In this document: positions 49,944 to 60,949 of the stretch, in pieces
Layout of the letters: each line of letters starts with the position of its first letter
How positions within the stretch are numbered: the stretch's first letter is position 1
Origin: Lysobacteraceae bacterium
GTDB taxonomy: Bacteria > Bdellovibrionota > UBA1018 > JAGTJX01
Reading direction: 5' to 3'
DNA length: 64,000 nt
Assembly (NCBI GenBank): GCA_023657465.1
Contig: JAGTJX010000003.1
Span: forward strand, 674,830 to 738,829
Notes under the pieces: model-generated
The model's database searches: none
The model's input: the letters and a program-made list of their open reading frames with translations, nothing else
What the model was told of the DNA's origin: nothing
Translations under genes and position numbers: made by a program

Positions 49944-51454
49944 GCTTTCCTTGAAGCAGTCTTCGTCTTCACACTCCGAGCAGCTCGCTCCATGAGTGAG
50001 CCCATCTTATGTACTTTAATCATATTAGTGGTTCCACGACGAAGCGTAGGAATACCTGCAGTCACCACTACGTAATCATCTATTTCTGCCCACTTGTGTG
50101 ACTTCATTACTTTCTCGACAGTTTCAAAAACGTCTTCTGTTGAGACAATATCAGGAATAAGCACGGATTGAACTCCCCAGACGAATGCTAACTTCCTCAT
50201 CGCTTCTTCATTATCTGTAATAGCTACAATCGGGCGAAGTGGACGGAACTTAGAGAGAGAGCGCGCGGCTACTCCTGAGTGAGTCATACATGCAATCGAT
50301 GCAGCACCCACATGGTCTGCAATACGAGAAGCGCTGAACTCAATCGACTCCACTACTGAACCCGTCATGGGCACGAGATCAGGAGACCTGGAATACTGCC
50401 TTCGGAATTGCTCTGCTTCTAAGATGACTTTAGACATCATCGCTACTGCTTCAAGTGGATATTGTCCTGACGCTGTTTCAGCTGAAAGCATCACTGCATC
50501 GGTTCCATCAAACACTGCATTGGCCACATCATTTGCTTCCGCGCGAGTGGGAGTAGGATTGGAGATCATGGACTCAAGCATCTGCGTTGCTGTGATCACA
50601 GGAACGCCGACTTCATTACAGACTCGGATGAGTTGTTTTTGAACAATCGGCACACGTTCAGCACCAATTTCGACTGCCATATCACCGCGTGCGACGAGTA
50701 CTCCATCCGTCACATCGACGATTTGCTCCATGACATTGACCGCTTCTTCGCGTTCGATCTTAGCAATGACCATGGGTTTATGATTAGATGTTTTACGAAT
50801 GAAGTTTTTCACTTCTTCAATGTCCTTAGGTGATCTCACGAAAGAGAGCGCAATGGCGTCCATTCCTAATTTCAATCCGAATTTCAAATCTTCGTAATCT
50901 TTCTCAGTCACCGATGCGATTGGGAGAGTGCTGCCAGGAAGATTCATTCCCTTGTTTGAAGAGAGCTTACCTCCCACTTTGACTTCAGCGACAATTTCTG
51001 GCGGATTCACGGACTTCACTTCTGCCGAATATTTTCCATCATCGAACAGAATCATCGCGCCTTTTTTTAGAGCTTTGGAGATAGGCCCACAGATCTCTGT
51101 AGATACGGGGATTAATCGTTTGCCCGTTTGAGAAGTTTTAACCGAAGCCCCCTCAGGGTAAAGAAGAATAGTGTCACCTGCTTTGATCTCGATTCCTGTT
51201 GCAGGAAGTTTTCCTAAGCGGATCTTAGGACCTTGGAGGTCTTGCATGCTAGCGACCGCGCGGCCTGACTTCTTGGCTTGTTCGCGAAGTGTTTTGAAAG
51301 TCGATTCATGCACATCATGTGTTCCATGACTGAAGTTGAAGCGTGCCACATCTAGTCCAGCATCAATGAGCGAACGCATCATGGGTGCAGAATTGGATGA
51401 GGGACCCAAAGTGCAAACAATTTTTACACGACGAAACTGAGAAATATTAGGCAT
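49940..51454 (-). CDS. pyk: pyruvate kinase
   Basis: Conserved N-terminus (KIVCTLGPSS) and K/Mg-site motifs. 504 aa. Confidence 0.92.
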   Translation of the reverse strand: MPNISQFRRVKIVCTLGPSSNSAPMMRSLIDAGLDVARFNFSHGTHDVHESTFKTLREQAKKSGRAVASMQDLQGPKIRLGKLPATGIEIKAGDTILLYPEGASVKTSQTGKRLIPVSTEICGPISKALKKGAMILFDDGKYSAEVKSVNPPEIVAEVKVGGKLSSNKGMNLPGSTLPIASVTEKDYEDLKFGLKLGMDAIALSFVRSPKDIEEVKNFIRKTSNHKPMVIAKIEREEAVNVMEQIVDVTDGVLVARGDMAVEIGAERVPIVQKQLIRVCNEVGVPVITATQMLESMISNPTPTRAEANDVANAVFDGTDAVMLSAETASGQYPLEAVAMMSKVILEAEQFRRQYSRSPDLVPMTGSVVESIEFSASRIADHVGAASIACMTHSGVAARSLSKFRPLRPIVAITDNEEAMRKLAFVWGVQSVLIPDIVSTEDVFETVEKVMKSHKWAEIDDYVVVTAGIPTLRRGTTNMIKVHKMGSLMERAARSVKTKTASRKA

Positions 51455-51545
51455 CCTGTGAGTTTACTCTGGCGCGTGTCTACAAGCAACCACTTGCGCT
51501 TGTCTTGGAGCTTCGCACGAAATAGCTACGCAATTTCCCGCACAC

Positions 51546-53306
51546 TCAACTTCGTTTTTTCATGAGCATTTGATTGGTGCGGCGGATCTTAGAGAGTTCA
51601 TTCTGGTAGGTCTCTTCTAACAATCGCTCTCGTTCTTTTCTGGTCTGTTCTGCTGTAGCCATTTCAAACTTATGTGATCTCTCAATATCTTCAAGCAGCG
51701 CTTTGATTTGACGCTCTTGGTCGCGCATTTCTTTTCCCGAAACTAGTTTTTGATCGCGGAGTGCCGCTTCATGTTCATCTTTGATTTCTGCTATTTGTCG
51801 CTCGTAAGTCTTAATCATGTCGTTGTACTTAGCCGAGAACTGTCTCTCTTTGAGACGGTATTTGTATTCTGCTTCGCCTCTCACTGCTTTCTTCTCAAGC
51901 TGTGCTTGATCGAGAGTCTCACTCACTTGACCTTCAATCTGAGCACGCTGCATTTCCATTTCAGTCGCATGCTTCTTAAGATTAGCATGTTCGCGCTTAT
52001 TCATTCTTCCTGACTCATCGACAATCACACTTCGTGTACGCTCTTCCATATCTCGTACCGTATTTATTGTGTCTTGGCGATGAGATTGAAGTGCTGAGAT
52101 ATTTTCACGCTTGAGTCTCTGCTCAGTCATCTGTTTTTCGAAGTCTTTCTCTAACCAACGATTATGGTATTCACTGCGAAGCTGCTCATATTCTTCCTTG
52201 TTACGAGCTTCTACTGAATCTGCATTCTTCTGATATTCGCCTGTGATTTTTCTGCGAAGTTTTTCTTCTGCTGCTGGCGATATATCCTTTGGATCATGCG
52301 AAGTTTTTAATCTATTGTTCTCAGCTTTCACCGTTTGAATTTCATTATCTGTAAACGCTTTATGATCTTTGAAGGTTCTATTGAAAGACTGAGTTTGATT
52401 CTCAACACTATCAGCGTATTGACCTTTGAGTCGCTCAGCTTGCTGAGCTCGACCTTCTAAGTCATGTTGCTTGTCTAACTCATTCGCTTTCTCTAATCGC
52501 TTGATATTCTGATTATATGCGTTCTCGTTATACTTGAGCTCTTCTTTATGATCGTGATTAATGCCTGCGATGATACCGTTATAGGTCACGTCTTTCTCGC
52601 GCACCGTACGGTCTGCAATGTTTTCAAGATGGTGTCTGGCCTGAAGAGTTTGCTGCTTATTATGCTGTTGCTGAATATCTTGTTGAGTTTGAAGGAGATT
52701 GAACTTCTCTCTCCAACCTTGATCATACTCTCTGACTGAAGCGACTTTGCCTTCGTTAATACTTGCACGCTCTTTTGCGACTTCGATTTCAAGTAATTTT
52801 CTTTGTTTTGATGCTTCATTTAGTTCTTTATTATGTGAAATGAGTAAGTTTCCGATGGCGCGTTCTTTTCGCTCTTCGGAATCGAATAACGCTTTCTTCG
52901 CTTGTGAATCGTAATACTTCTCCATTTCATGAAGCTGAGTCTCGTTACTGTTAGTGAGCTGATCGATGGATCTACGAGCCTTCTCTTCCACTTCGAACAT
53001 TCGGTTCATCTGTGAATGACCATATCGGTCATACATATTTCTTTTGATACGGTCAGTTTCATTCTGATAGTGCTTCACCAGATCTTGGTGGGCTTCATCA
53101 GTTCTATCACGCTGATGAACGGCATTTTTTTCGTAATGGTCACGCATGTTTTCGAGCTGAGCTGTGAAATCTTTTTCCATTTTCTCAACACGAGCAGCTT
53201 CGTTCTTACGCATGTTCTCTTGCACCTCTTGGGCGTTATCTTCCACTTCCCGGATGCGGGACTGAAGATGAGCGTTGTATGCGTCTGCTGACGAAACTGA
53301 AGACAT
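51546..53306 (-). CDS. large coiled-coil protein (hypothetical)
   Basis: About 586 aa, dominated by E/K/R/Q heptad-like sequence. I place the start at MSSVSS with GGGGGAAG upstream. Confidence 0.55.
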   Translation of the reverse strand: MSSVSSADAYNAHLQSRIREVEDNAQEVQENMRKNEAARVEKMEKDFTAQLENMRDHYEKNAVHQRDRTDEAHQDLVKHYQNETDRIKRNMYDRYGHSQMNRMFEVEEKARRSIDQLTNSNETQLHEMEKYYDSQAKKALFDSEERKERAIGNLLISHNKELNEASKQRKLLEIEVAKERASINEGKVASVREYDQGWREKFNLLQTQQDIQQQHNKQQTLQARHHLENIADRTVREKDVTYNGIIAGINHDHKEELKYNENAYNQNIKRLEKANELDKQHDLEGRAQQAERLKGQYADSVENQTQSFNRTFKDHKAFTDNEIQTVKAENNRLKTSHDPKDISPAAEEKLRRKITGEYQKNADSVEARNKEEYEQLRSEYHNRWLEKDFEKQMTEQRLKRENISALQSHRQDTINTVRDMEERTRSVIVDESGRMNKREHANLKKHATEMEMQRAQIEGQVSETLDQAQLEKKAVRGEAEYKYRLKERQFSAKYNDMIKTYERQIAEIKDEHEAALRDQKLVSGKEMRDQERQIKALLEDIERSHKFEMATAEQTRKERERLLEETYQNELSKIRRTNQMLMKKRS

Positions 53307-53328
53307 GGCTTCCCCCAACACAAGATAG

Positions 53329-53344
53329 AGCAAGCATCGTGCCG
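53329..53344 (-). promoter_or_regulatory. sigma-54-type promoter candidate (CGGCACG-N4-TTGCT)
   Basis: Minus-strand match with correct GG-N10-GC spacing, 23 nt upstream of the coiled-coil start codon. The leader would be very short. Confidence 0.3.
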
Positions 53345-53481
53345 AAACTGCATATGAGTCAATTTTTCTTAAGAGTGCGAGATCATTTACAAATAATTTC
53401 CGACAATAAAATGACGCTATGTTTTAACGCACTTCTCAGCTGCAGATGTTGCCTTGTCAGGAATAAAAAGCCTTGTTACGC

Positions 53482-56001
53482 ATGGGTGTGCAAAAAGAAC
53501 TCACGCCTCTCATGAAGCAGTATGGAGAACTGAAAAATCAAGTTCCCGATGCACTCTTATTCTTCAGGATGGGAGACTTCTACGAGTTATTCAATGACGA
53601 CGCCGTCGCCGCCTCTCGCGTATTAGAAATCACCCTCACTTCCAGAAACAAAAACCAAGAGAACCCCACACCGATGGCAGGTGTTCCTCATCACAGTGCC
53701 CAAGGTTACATCCAGAAGCTGCTCGATCACGGGAAGAAAGTCGCAATCGCAGAGCAGATCACGTCCCCAGGTGATTCAACCAAGGATCTGGTCAAGCGCG
53801 AAATTGTTCGAGTGTTCACTCCAGCGATTCAATTCGACTCACAAGGTTCATCGGGCAAGTATCTTGCTCTCCTATCCACTCACAAAAAAGATTTCCGAGG
53901 CGTTGCACTCGATCCCTCTACAGGAGATCTTGTTGAAGCCACATCCCCTAGCATCGAAACCCTAGTCTCTCTCTTCGCTGCTACACCGATCACTCACTTA
54001 CTCGTCGATTCAAAAGATCCAAACGCTTCACAGATCATTTCTCTCTTTCCTTCCCATCAGACTCTGATTGAGCAAGTCGAAGTATCGAAGGAACCAACCG
54101 ATACTCTCATTGAGTTCGTCTCTCACTCTCAGCGTGTAGAATCTCTCACTCATCTCAAGCCACTCAGAAAACTAGGCTCCAAGGATCATCTTCAATACGG
54201 GCTCAAGACCGTGCAGCATCTCGACCTCCTTCCCTCTCATGAAGAGGGAATCAGTCTCTTCAAGCTTTTGAATCGTACGAAAACTTCGCTAGGCGCGAGA
54301 CGACTTAAGCAATGGATCTCAGAACCTCTCACGAAGATCAGTGAGATTGTGAATCGTCAAGAATGCTTAAGAGAACTCGCTATTCATGCAGTTTTCACAG
54401 AGTCTTCACGCAAGCATCTCTCCGAAGTCTATGATCTCGACAGGCTTCTGGGCAGACTCTCCACTCATCAAATGAATCCTGCAGATTCACTGAGATTAGG
54501 TAAGTCACTTGCTCAAATTGATTTTATTTTGAATTTGTTTCCCGAGACACAATCATCGCTACTGAAGTCTCTCCATTCAGAGCTCACAAATTTAAACAAG
54601 TCGCTCTCGCCTCTAGCTGAGATGATCATGAAGCATCAGAAGCCAGATGCTCCCCTTCTCTCTCGTGATGGAGGAATCTTCTCCACTGGCCACCATGCAG
54701 AATTAGACACGCTCATTGAACTCTCAGAAAACGGTGAACGCTTCCTCATCGAACTCGAGCAGAGAGAGAGAGCTGCAACCGGAATCCATTCGCTGAAGGT
54801 GAAGTACAACCGAGTATTCGGATACTTCATTGAGATTACCGCTGCTCACTTAAAGAATGTTCCTGATCACTACCAACGCAAGCAGACTATGGTAGGAGCT
54901 GAGAGATTCTTCACCGAAGAACTGAAAATTTTCGAAGAGAAGATCCTTACCGCGTCTACGCAGCAGAAACAGCTTGAGCAAAAACTCTTTGATGAGTGGA
55001 TTGAGATAATCGCTACTCACACTGTTGATATTCAGCGTGCGGCTAGCCTGATTGCTGAACTTGATGTCGTAACCACACTCTCTGAATGGGTCACTCGTCC
55101 TGGATGGAGGTTCCCTACGATAACAGAATCTCTCGAGTACTCCGTCCTTCAAGGTCGTCATCCGCTTGTGGATGCCATGAACCCAGGAGCTTATGTACCG
55201 AATGACTTAGAGTTCAATCAAGAGTCAGCACAGACTCTTATCATCACGGGCCCCAACATGGGTGGTAAGTCGACCGTGATGAGACAAGCTGCAATGATTG
55301 TCGTCCTGGGACAGATGGGGCTTCCTGTTCCTGCGCTCAAAGCTTCTTGGGGAATCTTCCACTCCATCTTCACACGTATCGGCGCACACGATGCAATCAC
55401 TCAAGGTCAGAGTACCTTCATGGTCGAGATGTCAGAGTTGGCTGAGATCATCCGCAGAGCCAATGACCGCTCACTCATCGTACTTGATGAGATCGGAAGA
55501 GGAACTTCTACTTATGATGGCATGAGTGTCGCTGCTGCAACACTGGAATGGATCGTGAAGAAGATTCAAGCACGTACACTATTCGCCACTCACTATCACG
55601 AACTCACGAGTCTCGAGACGAAGCTTCCAAGACTCAAGAACGCACACATGGCAGTTGAATCCGATGTGAATGATCCGAAGAAGTCTTTCCGTTTTCTATA
55701 TGAACTCAAATCAGGCCCTGCCAATGACAGCTTCGGTATTCAAGTAGCCGCTCTCGCAGGTCTTCCTGATCCATTGATCAATCGTGCTTGGAAATTCCTT
55801 GCCGAACTCGAAGCACAATCCTCTCCCGGAGTGGAAGTTCACAACCCGAACCAACTGAGTTTGTTTGATCAGGCTGTAGTCGAAACACCTACTCACGAAC
55901 CAGATCCTGTACGCTCAGAAGTGATGGGACTGAATCTTAATCTCATGAGTCCTCTCGATGCACTCAACCGATTGAACGAGATTCAAGAACGACATCGCTG
56001 A
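53482..56001 (+). CDS. mutS: DNA mismatch repair protein MutS
   Basis: N-terminal mismatch-binding motif (LLFFRMGDFYELF) and Walker A GPNMGGKST. Confidence 0.95.
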   Translation: MGVQKELTPLMKQYGELKNQVPDALLFFRMGDFYELFNDDAVAASRVLEITLTSRNKNQENPTPMAGVPHHSAQGYIQKLLDHGKKVAIAEQITSPGDSTKDLVKREIVRVFTPAIQFDSQGSSGKYLALLSTHKKDFRGVALDPSTGDLVEATSPSIETLVSLFAATPITHLLVDSKDPNASQIISLFPSHQTLIEQVEVSKEPTDTLIEFVSHSQRVESLTHLKPLRKLGSKDHLQYGLKTVQHLDLLPSHEEGISLFKLLNRTKTSLGARRLKQWISEPLTKISEIVNRQECLRELAIHAVFTESSRKHLSEVYDLDRLLGRLSTHQMNPADSLRLGKSLAQIDFILNLFPETQSSLLKSLHSELTNLNKSLSPLAEMIMKHQKPDAPLLSRDGGIFSTGHHAELDTLIELSENGERFLIELEQRERAATGIHSLKVKYNRVFGYFIEITAAHLKNVPDHYQRKQTMVGAERFFTEELKIFEEKILTASTQQKQLEQKLFDEWIEIIATHTVDIQRAASLIAELDVVTTLSEWVTRPGWRFPTITESLEYSVLQGRHPLVDAMNPGAYVPNDLEFNQESAQTLIITGPNMGGKSTVMRQAAMIVVLGQMGLPVPALKASWGIFHSIFTRIGAHDAITQGQSTFMVEMSELAEIIRRANDRSLIVLDEIGRGTSTYDGMSVAAATLEWIVKKIQARTLFATHYHELTSLETKLPRLKNAHMAVESDVNDPKKSFRFLYELKSGPANDSFGIQVAALAGLPDPLINRAWKFLAELEAQSSPGVEVHNPNQLSLFDQAVVETPTHEPDPVRSEVMGLNLNLMSPLDALNRLNEIQERHR

Positions 56002-57020
56002 GGTTGGATAGCGTCACTCAACACTTTCAATGATTTTCTCAACGAAGCACCATGAGGAAGAGTAATCGCTTCATCTAATCTGATCCACCTTGAGTCTGAA
56101 TTAGCTTTCATCATCTGATTTGAAGAATTTTTTGCATTGTGAGTGAAGTATTTCAAACTGATCACGCGTGAAACTTTATGCTTAGTCACAACATACTTCA
56201 CTTGCAATTTAGGATCCTTTTTTGAAGCGTAAACATTCTGAGAAGACTTCACTTCTAAGGGCAAATCCCACAGCCCTTTTCTCCATCTTGCACTTTCATC
56301 TAGAGTCACGAGCACTTTGAAGTCCTTCGTCACAAACGCAGTTGTTCTCTCCTGTACGTCCACAGACTTCACTCTCGGCTTCTTCACAGGAAACTTTTCT
56401 ACATCTCCCTTTGCAAACGCCTGACAATCCGAACGAGCTGGACACACATCGCATAGAGGATTCTTAGGTTTGCACACACGTGCGCCGAGTTCCATAAGTC
56501 CTTGATTGAGCACCGATGGATCTACTTTCAACCTTGCAGCTTCTCCCAGCAACCCTCGAGACAAACTCCAAATTTTATTTTTATCTCTACTCTTCAAACG
56601 ATGCATACGAGAGAGCACTCGTTCGACGTTTCCATCTACGATGGCCTCAGGCATATGATACGCAATCGAGAGGATCGCTCCTGCTGTATATGGACCTACT
56701 CCAGGAAGTTCTTCCCATCCAGCGCGATCCCGAGGGAATCCTCCTGCTACAACGAGACCAGCAGCACGATGAATATTCCTCGCACGCGAATAGTAACCCA
56801 GGCCTGACCAGTTCGCGAGAACCTCTGAGAGATCCGCGCTCGCAAGACTTTCCACAGTGGGAAACCTCGTAATGAATTTTTCGAAGTAAGGGACGACTGT
56901 GATGACCTGAGTCTGCTGAAGCATGATTTCTGAGATCCACACTCGGTATGGACTTGGATCCTCTCTCCACGGCAGAATCCTGGCGGATGCTGAGAACCAA
57001 CGTGATAGTTTTTTTATCAT
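55983..57020 (-). CDS. mutY: A/G-specific adenine glycosylase
   Basis: HhH-GPD (LPGVGPYTAGAI), a 4Fe-4S cluster loop (CKPKNPLCDVCPARSDC) and a NUDIX-like C-terminal domain. The 3' end overlaps mutS by 19 nt. Confidence 0.9.
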   Translation of the reverse strand: MIKKLSRWFSASARILPWREDPSPYRVWISEIMLQQTQVITVVPYFEKFITRFPTVESLASADLSEVLANWSGLGYYSRARNIHRAAGLVVAGGFPRDRAGWEELPGVGPYTAGAILSIAYHMPEAIVDGNVERVLSRMHRLKSRDKNKIWSLSRGLLGEAARLKVDPSVLNQGLMELGARVCKPKNPLCDVCPARSDCQAFAKGDVEKFPVKKPRVKSVDVQERTTAFVTKDFKVLVTLDESARWRKGLWDLPLEVKSSQNVYASKKDPKLQVKYVVTKHKVSRVISLKYFTHNAKNSSNQMMKANSDSRWIRLDEAITLPHGASLRKSLKVLSDAIQPQRCRS

Positions 57021-57047
57021 TTTTAGGTCATCCTAATCTTATACATT

Positions 57048-57863
57048 ATGGGTACAATGCTTCGAGTCGTTTTGCTCACTTTTTTTTCCATGCAACTCTC
57101 ACGAGCCACACCTCCAGTGATCGTCATTGATCCAGGACATGGAGGCAGTGACCATGGCGCCGCATACCACATCAATGAGAAGACTATTTTAGAGAAAGAC
57201 ATCACTCTTGAGCTCTCCCAGGCACTCTCTCAAGTCTTAGAGAAAATGGGCTACACTGTTGTCCTCACTCGCACGACTGATCAAGAGATGCCACTCACTG
57301 AACGCACAGTCATTGCAAACAAGTTGAAGGCGAAGCTCTTCATTTCCGTGCACATCAATACCTCTACTAATTATCGAGATGGAGCTCAGAAACCCGAAGG
57401 GATAGAAACCTTCATTCTCAATCACTCTACTCCTGCTTCTTCGAAGCGATTAGCCGATCTTGAGAATGCAGTCCTCAAGGGTAGCGTCGCTGAACAGCCC
57501 AAAAACGAAGTGGGCCTCATTATTAAGGATCTGCTCTTAGACTCCAATAGAATGGAGAGCAAGAAGCTGGCCTGCCTCATTCAGATGGGATTAGTCAAAG
57601 CTACAAGCCCTACCCCCCAAGATAAGCAGAAGCGAAACCGCGGGGTAAAAGAAGGCCTCTTCTATATATTACTAGGCGCCGACATGCCGTCCGTCCTAGT
57701 AGAAGCTGGATTCTTCGGCCATCCTAAAGACCAGTTCTGGCTGAGATCACCCCAGGGTAGAGCTTCTTGGATTCAGGCTTTAGCCCTTGCAGTGGACTCG
57801 TACTTCAAGATCCAAAACACCACCAAAATCCGCCAACTCCTAAACAGCTGTCAAAAGCATTGA
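57048..57863 (+). CDS. N-acetylmuramoyl-L-alanine amidase (Amidase_3)
   Basis: IDPGHGGSDHGA and FISVHIN motifs. Signal peptide. Confidence 0.85.
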   Translation: MGTMLRVVLLTFFSMQLSRATPPVIVIDPGHGGSDHGAAYHINEKTILEKDITLELSQALSQVLEKMGYTVVLTRTTDQEMPLTERTVIANKLKAKLFISVHINTSTNYRDGAQKPEGIETFILNHSTPASSKRLADLENAVLKGSVAEQPKNEVGLIIKDLLLDSNRMESKKLACLIQMGLVKATSPTPQDKQKRNRGVKEGLFYILLGADMPSVLVEAGFFGHPKDQFWLRSPQGRASWIQALALAVDSYFKIQNTTKIRQLLNSCQKH

Positions 57864-57949
57864 CACCCAGATGTCGCTTTTTTCAACACATTAAATTTAA
57901 AAACTAAATAATATCAAGCACTTAAATATTTGATATACTAAGTCAACTT

Positions 57950-57965
57950 TGGCACACCCTATGCT
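57950..57965 (+). promoter_or_regulatory. sigma-54-type promoter candidate (TGGCACA-N4-ATGCT)
   Basis: Perfect -24 hexamer with correct spacing to the GC, about 40 nt upstream of the GGAGGA ribosome-binding site of the lipoprotein gene. Confidence 0.45.
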
Positions 57966-58006
57966 TATTAGGTCTGTATAGAAAACGAAAAATCCTTGGA
58001 GGATTT

Positions 58007-58735
58007 ATGAAACGTAACGAATTAAAAATGTGGGCAGCAAGGTTTGTAACCATCGGTCTCATGACCCTGGTAGCGGCATGTGGACAGACACAACCGCCAA
58101 TCAATAACGGAGCATGTCCAGGTCCAGGTTGCCCTAACGGTCCAGGTGGTCTTGGCCAAGGCCAAGTGGCTTGTATGCCGATTCAACCAGGCGCACCGAT
58201 GCCATTTAGCGCAACTGGAATTTGGATGAACAGTATCAACCTCCAATTCGGTAGACTCCCGAACGGTCAAACGATCGGTCAAGTCGCGATGGGCGGCGCA
58301 GTCATGGGTGGCATGCAATACACTGGTGGATCGAATGCAACAGGATCAACAATCTCGATCTTGCTTCAGAATACTAATGCTAATGGCTTTCCAACTGGTG
58401 GATACTACCAACCCAACACTACAATAAACAATGGCGCAGCTAAAAGTTTGACTGGCTTTATCCAAATCAGTCAGTACGAATTGCAACTCGCAGGACTCCT
58501 GAATCAAAACTTCATGGGACCTGGATCGTTCAATCAGTTTCCTAACCAAGGATTCAACAATGGATTCAACGGAAATGGCGTTGTGCCTGGTGTTGGTATG
58601 GGACAAGCTTGTGTGAGCAGTGTCGGAGCAACCGGCGCTCTCAACAACGCTTATGCCAAGTTCTACGGAGGAGCTTCTGACTACGTGTACGTGTACATCA
58701 ACAACGGTCAATCTTACATCCGATTCAAAATCTAA
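58007..58735 (+). CDS. Gly/Asn/Gln-rich lipoprotein (hypothetical)
   Basis: Lipobox LVAAC, followed by low-complexity G/N/P/Q-rich sequence. Confidence 0.55.
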   Translation: MKRNELKMWAARFVTIGLMTLVAACGQTQPPINNGACPGPGCPNGPGGLGQGQVACMPIQPGAPMPFSATGIWMNSINLQFGRLPNGQTIGQVAMGGAVMGGMQYTGGSNATGSTISILLQNTNANGFPTGGYYQPNTTINNGAAKSLTGFIQISQYELQLAGLLNQNFMGPGSFNQFPNQGFNNGFNGNGVVPGVGMGQACVSSVGATGALNNAYAKFYGGASDYVYVYINNGQSYIRFKI

Positions 58736-58892
58736 ATTTTAGAAAAGCAAAATGCTTGGGCGATGCCTGAGACTCTGCTCAGTTATGTGAAGAGATAGCG
58801 AACGAAGTTTGAGTTTTAAAAATTGGATTGATGACTAGAAGGAAAATAATTAGATAGCGTCCGAAAGTCCTTGGTACAATTTTCACTTAACC

Positions 58893-60308
58893 TCAATTCA
58901 CAAACTGAGCTCCAGCAAATTCAATCTTCATTTTCCCGTCTAGTTTGAGTGTATCACTCCAATATTTTTCCCATTCATTTGAATTCGTAAATCTCTTCAG
59001 AATGATCTTCGTCATCTGTGCTGCTCCCTTGGGACTCCAGTTGCATCCGATTCGTTTGAGTCGTAGTTTTATTTCTCTCATCATGCGCTCAATGATGGAG
59101 CTCACTTTCGGAGGAGCATCCCCCGTCCTGATCCAGACTCTGACATAGTTAAAGAGCTTTGCTTTTGCATTCTCTACATATGTCGCAGTTTGAAAATACT
59201 GCTTTTCTTTCAGATCTTTCACGAGTGCATTCATTTGCCTTTCCGCATTAAATACCGAGACCTCTAGATTTAGAATTTCTTCGGTTTTTACTTTGTCTCT
59301 TGGTTCGTTGGGTAGCGGGATTCTCATGATTTCATGAAGCTGGTCTTTCACTTTTCTGGTTTCTTCGTTATTTGCTTCATCCTGGTACTTCATCACAGAC
59401 TTCAGATCATACGTCAGATGCCACTGGCAGCGCTGCTGGGTCTTTGCTAGTTTTCCTAGTCCTCGTTCAATGGCTAGTTCTCCATCACTCACTAAGAGCT
59501 CTGCTATGGGCTTAGATTTCAGCTTGGGATGGTGATTAGCCCGTTTTACGAGTCTCCCAATTTCGTTCCATTTTTCTTCATTGAAGACTCCCATGGGAAT
59601 CGTTTTGCCGTGCTTGTCGATCCCTAGAATCACTCGAATTTGTTCAAGAGGTCTATTGTCAGCATCTCGTTTTGGGTTTTTCTTCTCATCCTCTTTTTGA
59701 GCGTTCGTCTTGAACCTGGGATACCCAGTTCCATCTGCAACAATTGTAACGAGCTCTTTCTGTTCCAGCTTTAAGTGAGCAGAGTCAGTCTTCTGAACCC
59801 AAGTATGGATTTTACTTTTTCCGAGTGGGTTGCCACCAATATCTGTCATGTGTTTTGCTGATCGTCTGTAGCTCTGGTGACTTGCAGTCTCGCATGCAAT
59901 TTTTTCGAGTTCTAACGTATGCGACGTGTAGAGCTTAACGTTTAAAAACTGTCTTAGTGGAATGAACGATTCCTTGCAGTTTTTGCATTTGAGCCTCATC
60001 CAGTGGAATTTGATTTTTCCTATTGTAGAATCAATACGTCTTGGTTCTCTGCTCGATCTGACAAAGTAGGGAGTTTTACAGCAGGGTTTTACGTTGATGC
60101 TCGCTAATGACTCTTTTGTCTGCACTCCTGTCAGTGAGTCACAGAGATCACCATCCATCCACTCTAAAATCAGCGTTATCACTGCTGGCATTCCGTTTTT
60201 ATCGAACACCTCCTTGGTTCTGATCACTAGTTCATCAAACGAAAAGGTTTCTTTTTTAATATCCGCATCCAAAAACACAGCGATCCGTCGCTTCATTTTT
60301 TCCTCCAA
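58893..60308 (-). CDS. DDE-type transposase (family uncertain, IS256/ISNCY-like C-terminal motif)
   Basis: 471 aa with ADGTGYPRF and a C-terminal SSIIERMMREIKLRLKRIG motif. Paralogous to the split copy at 12838-14193. Confidence 0.65.
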   Translation of the reverse strand: MEEKMKRRIAVFLDADIKKETFSFDELVIRTKEVFDKNGMPAVITLILEWMDGDLCDSLTGVQTKESLASINVKPCCKTPYFVRSSREPRRIDSTIGKIKFHWMRLKCKNCKESFIPLRQFLNVKLYTSHTLELEKIACETASHQSYRRSAKHMTDIGGNPLGKSKIHTWVQKTDSAHLKLEQKELVTIVADGTGYPRFKTNAQKEDEKKNPKRDADNRPLEQIRVILGIDKHGKTIPMGVFNEEKWNEIGRLVKRANHHPKLKSKPIAELLVSDGELAIERGLGKLAKTQQRCQWHLTYDLKSVMKYQDEANNEETRKVKDQLHEIMRIPLPNEPRDKVKTEEILNLEVSVFNAERQMNALVKDLKEKQYFQTATYVENAKAKLFNYVRVWIRTGDAPPKVSSIIERMMREIKLRLKRIGCNWSPKGAAQMTKIILKRFTNSNEWEKYWSDTLKLDGKMKIEFAGAQFVN

Positions 60309-60330
60309 TCATTTTGACTAGAGGAAAATT

Positions 60331-60729
60331 CTACATGGAAAGTGTTCTCGACCCAAACAGCATCTCCTCGATACCCTTTGTGTTGTATTTGTGCCAGTAG
60401 TGCTCAGCTGCCATATGCAAAAAAATATCATCAGAAACGTCGATTTGTTCGTTCCCATTTTTTGCTTTGATCTCGCTCATCCATACATCCGCTAGTTCAC
60501 TTGATGCTGGAATAAACTCTTTATTTACTTTCCTTGGCTGCCAATCATCGTAAAACTTCACCACCTCATTCCAGTTGTGGGTTTTTACTCCGAGTCTTGC
60601 TAGTTCACTCAGAACCTCAAATGGCGTTGATTCTTCAATCCATGTGATTGCATCTCTCAATTCATTTGCAATGAATTCTAATCTTTCTTCAATCTCGATC
60701 TCTTGCTTCTTTTTCTTCCCCATTTTCAC
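60331..60729 (-). CDS. IS-associated small acidic protein (orfA-like)
   Basis: 132 aa. Homologous to 14225-14527. Confidence 0.5.
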   Translation of the reverse strand: MKMGKKKKQEIEIEERLEFIANELRDAITWIEESTPFEVLSELARLGVKTHNWNEVVKFYDDWQPRKVNKEFIPASSELADVWMSEIKAKNGNEQIDVSDDIFLHMAAEHYWHKYNTKGIEEMLFGSRTLSM

Positions 60730-60852
60730 ATCACCATTAAATTCAGAGTGTCCAAAACGACACAGTGGCTATGTTCTTAAAGTCTGTAAAAACTTTAGAC
60801 AGGTTGAATCTGAAAATCCACTCTCTTTTACTCTTAAATTGCTCATAACGCC

Positions 60853-60868
60853 TGGCACAAGACCTGCA
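60853..60868 (+). promoter_or_regulatory. sigma-54-type promoter candidate (TGGCACA-N4-CTGCA) inside the IS left end, facing outward
   Basis: Perfect -24 hexamer with correct GG-N10-GC spacing, about 80 nt upstream of the ATG at 60950. Confidence 0.4.
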
Positions 60869-60949
60869 TTACTACTCAACTAAAGGGTCTTGAGGTTTTA
60901 ACTACTGGGAAAATAACTTTCCTAGGACTTCGGGACAGTTATAATAATT

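Noticed and set aside
12838-60729. The two transposase copies as ends of a 46-kb composite transposon
   Set aside because: The copies are only about 60% identical and the same orientation. The interval is full of core genes (secDF, tgt, queA, uvrC, mutS, pyk).
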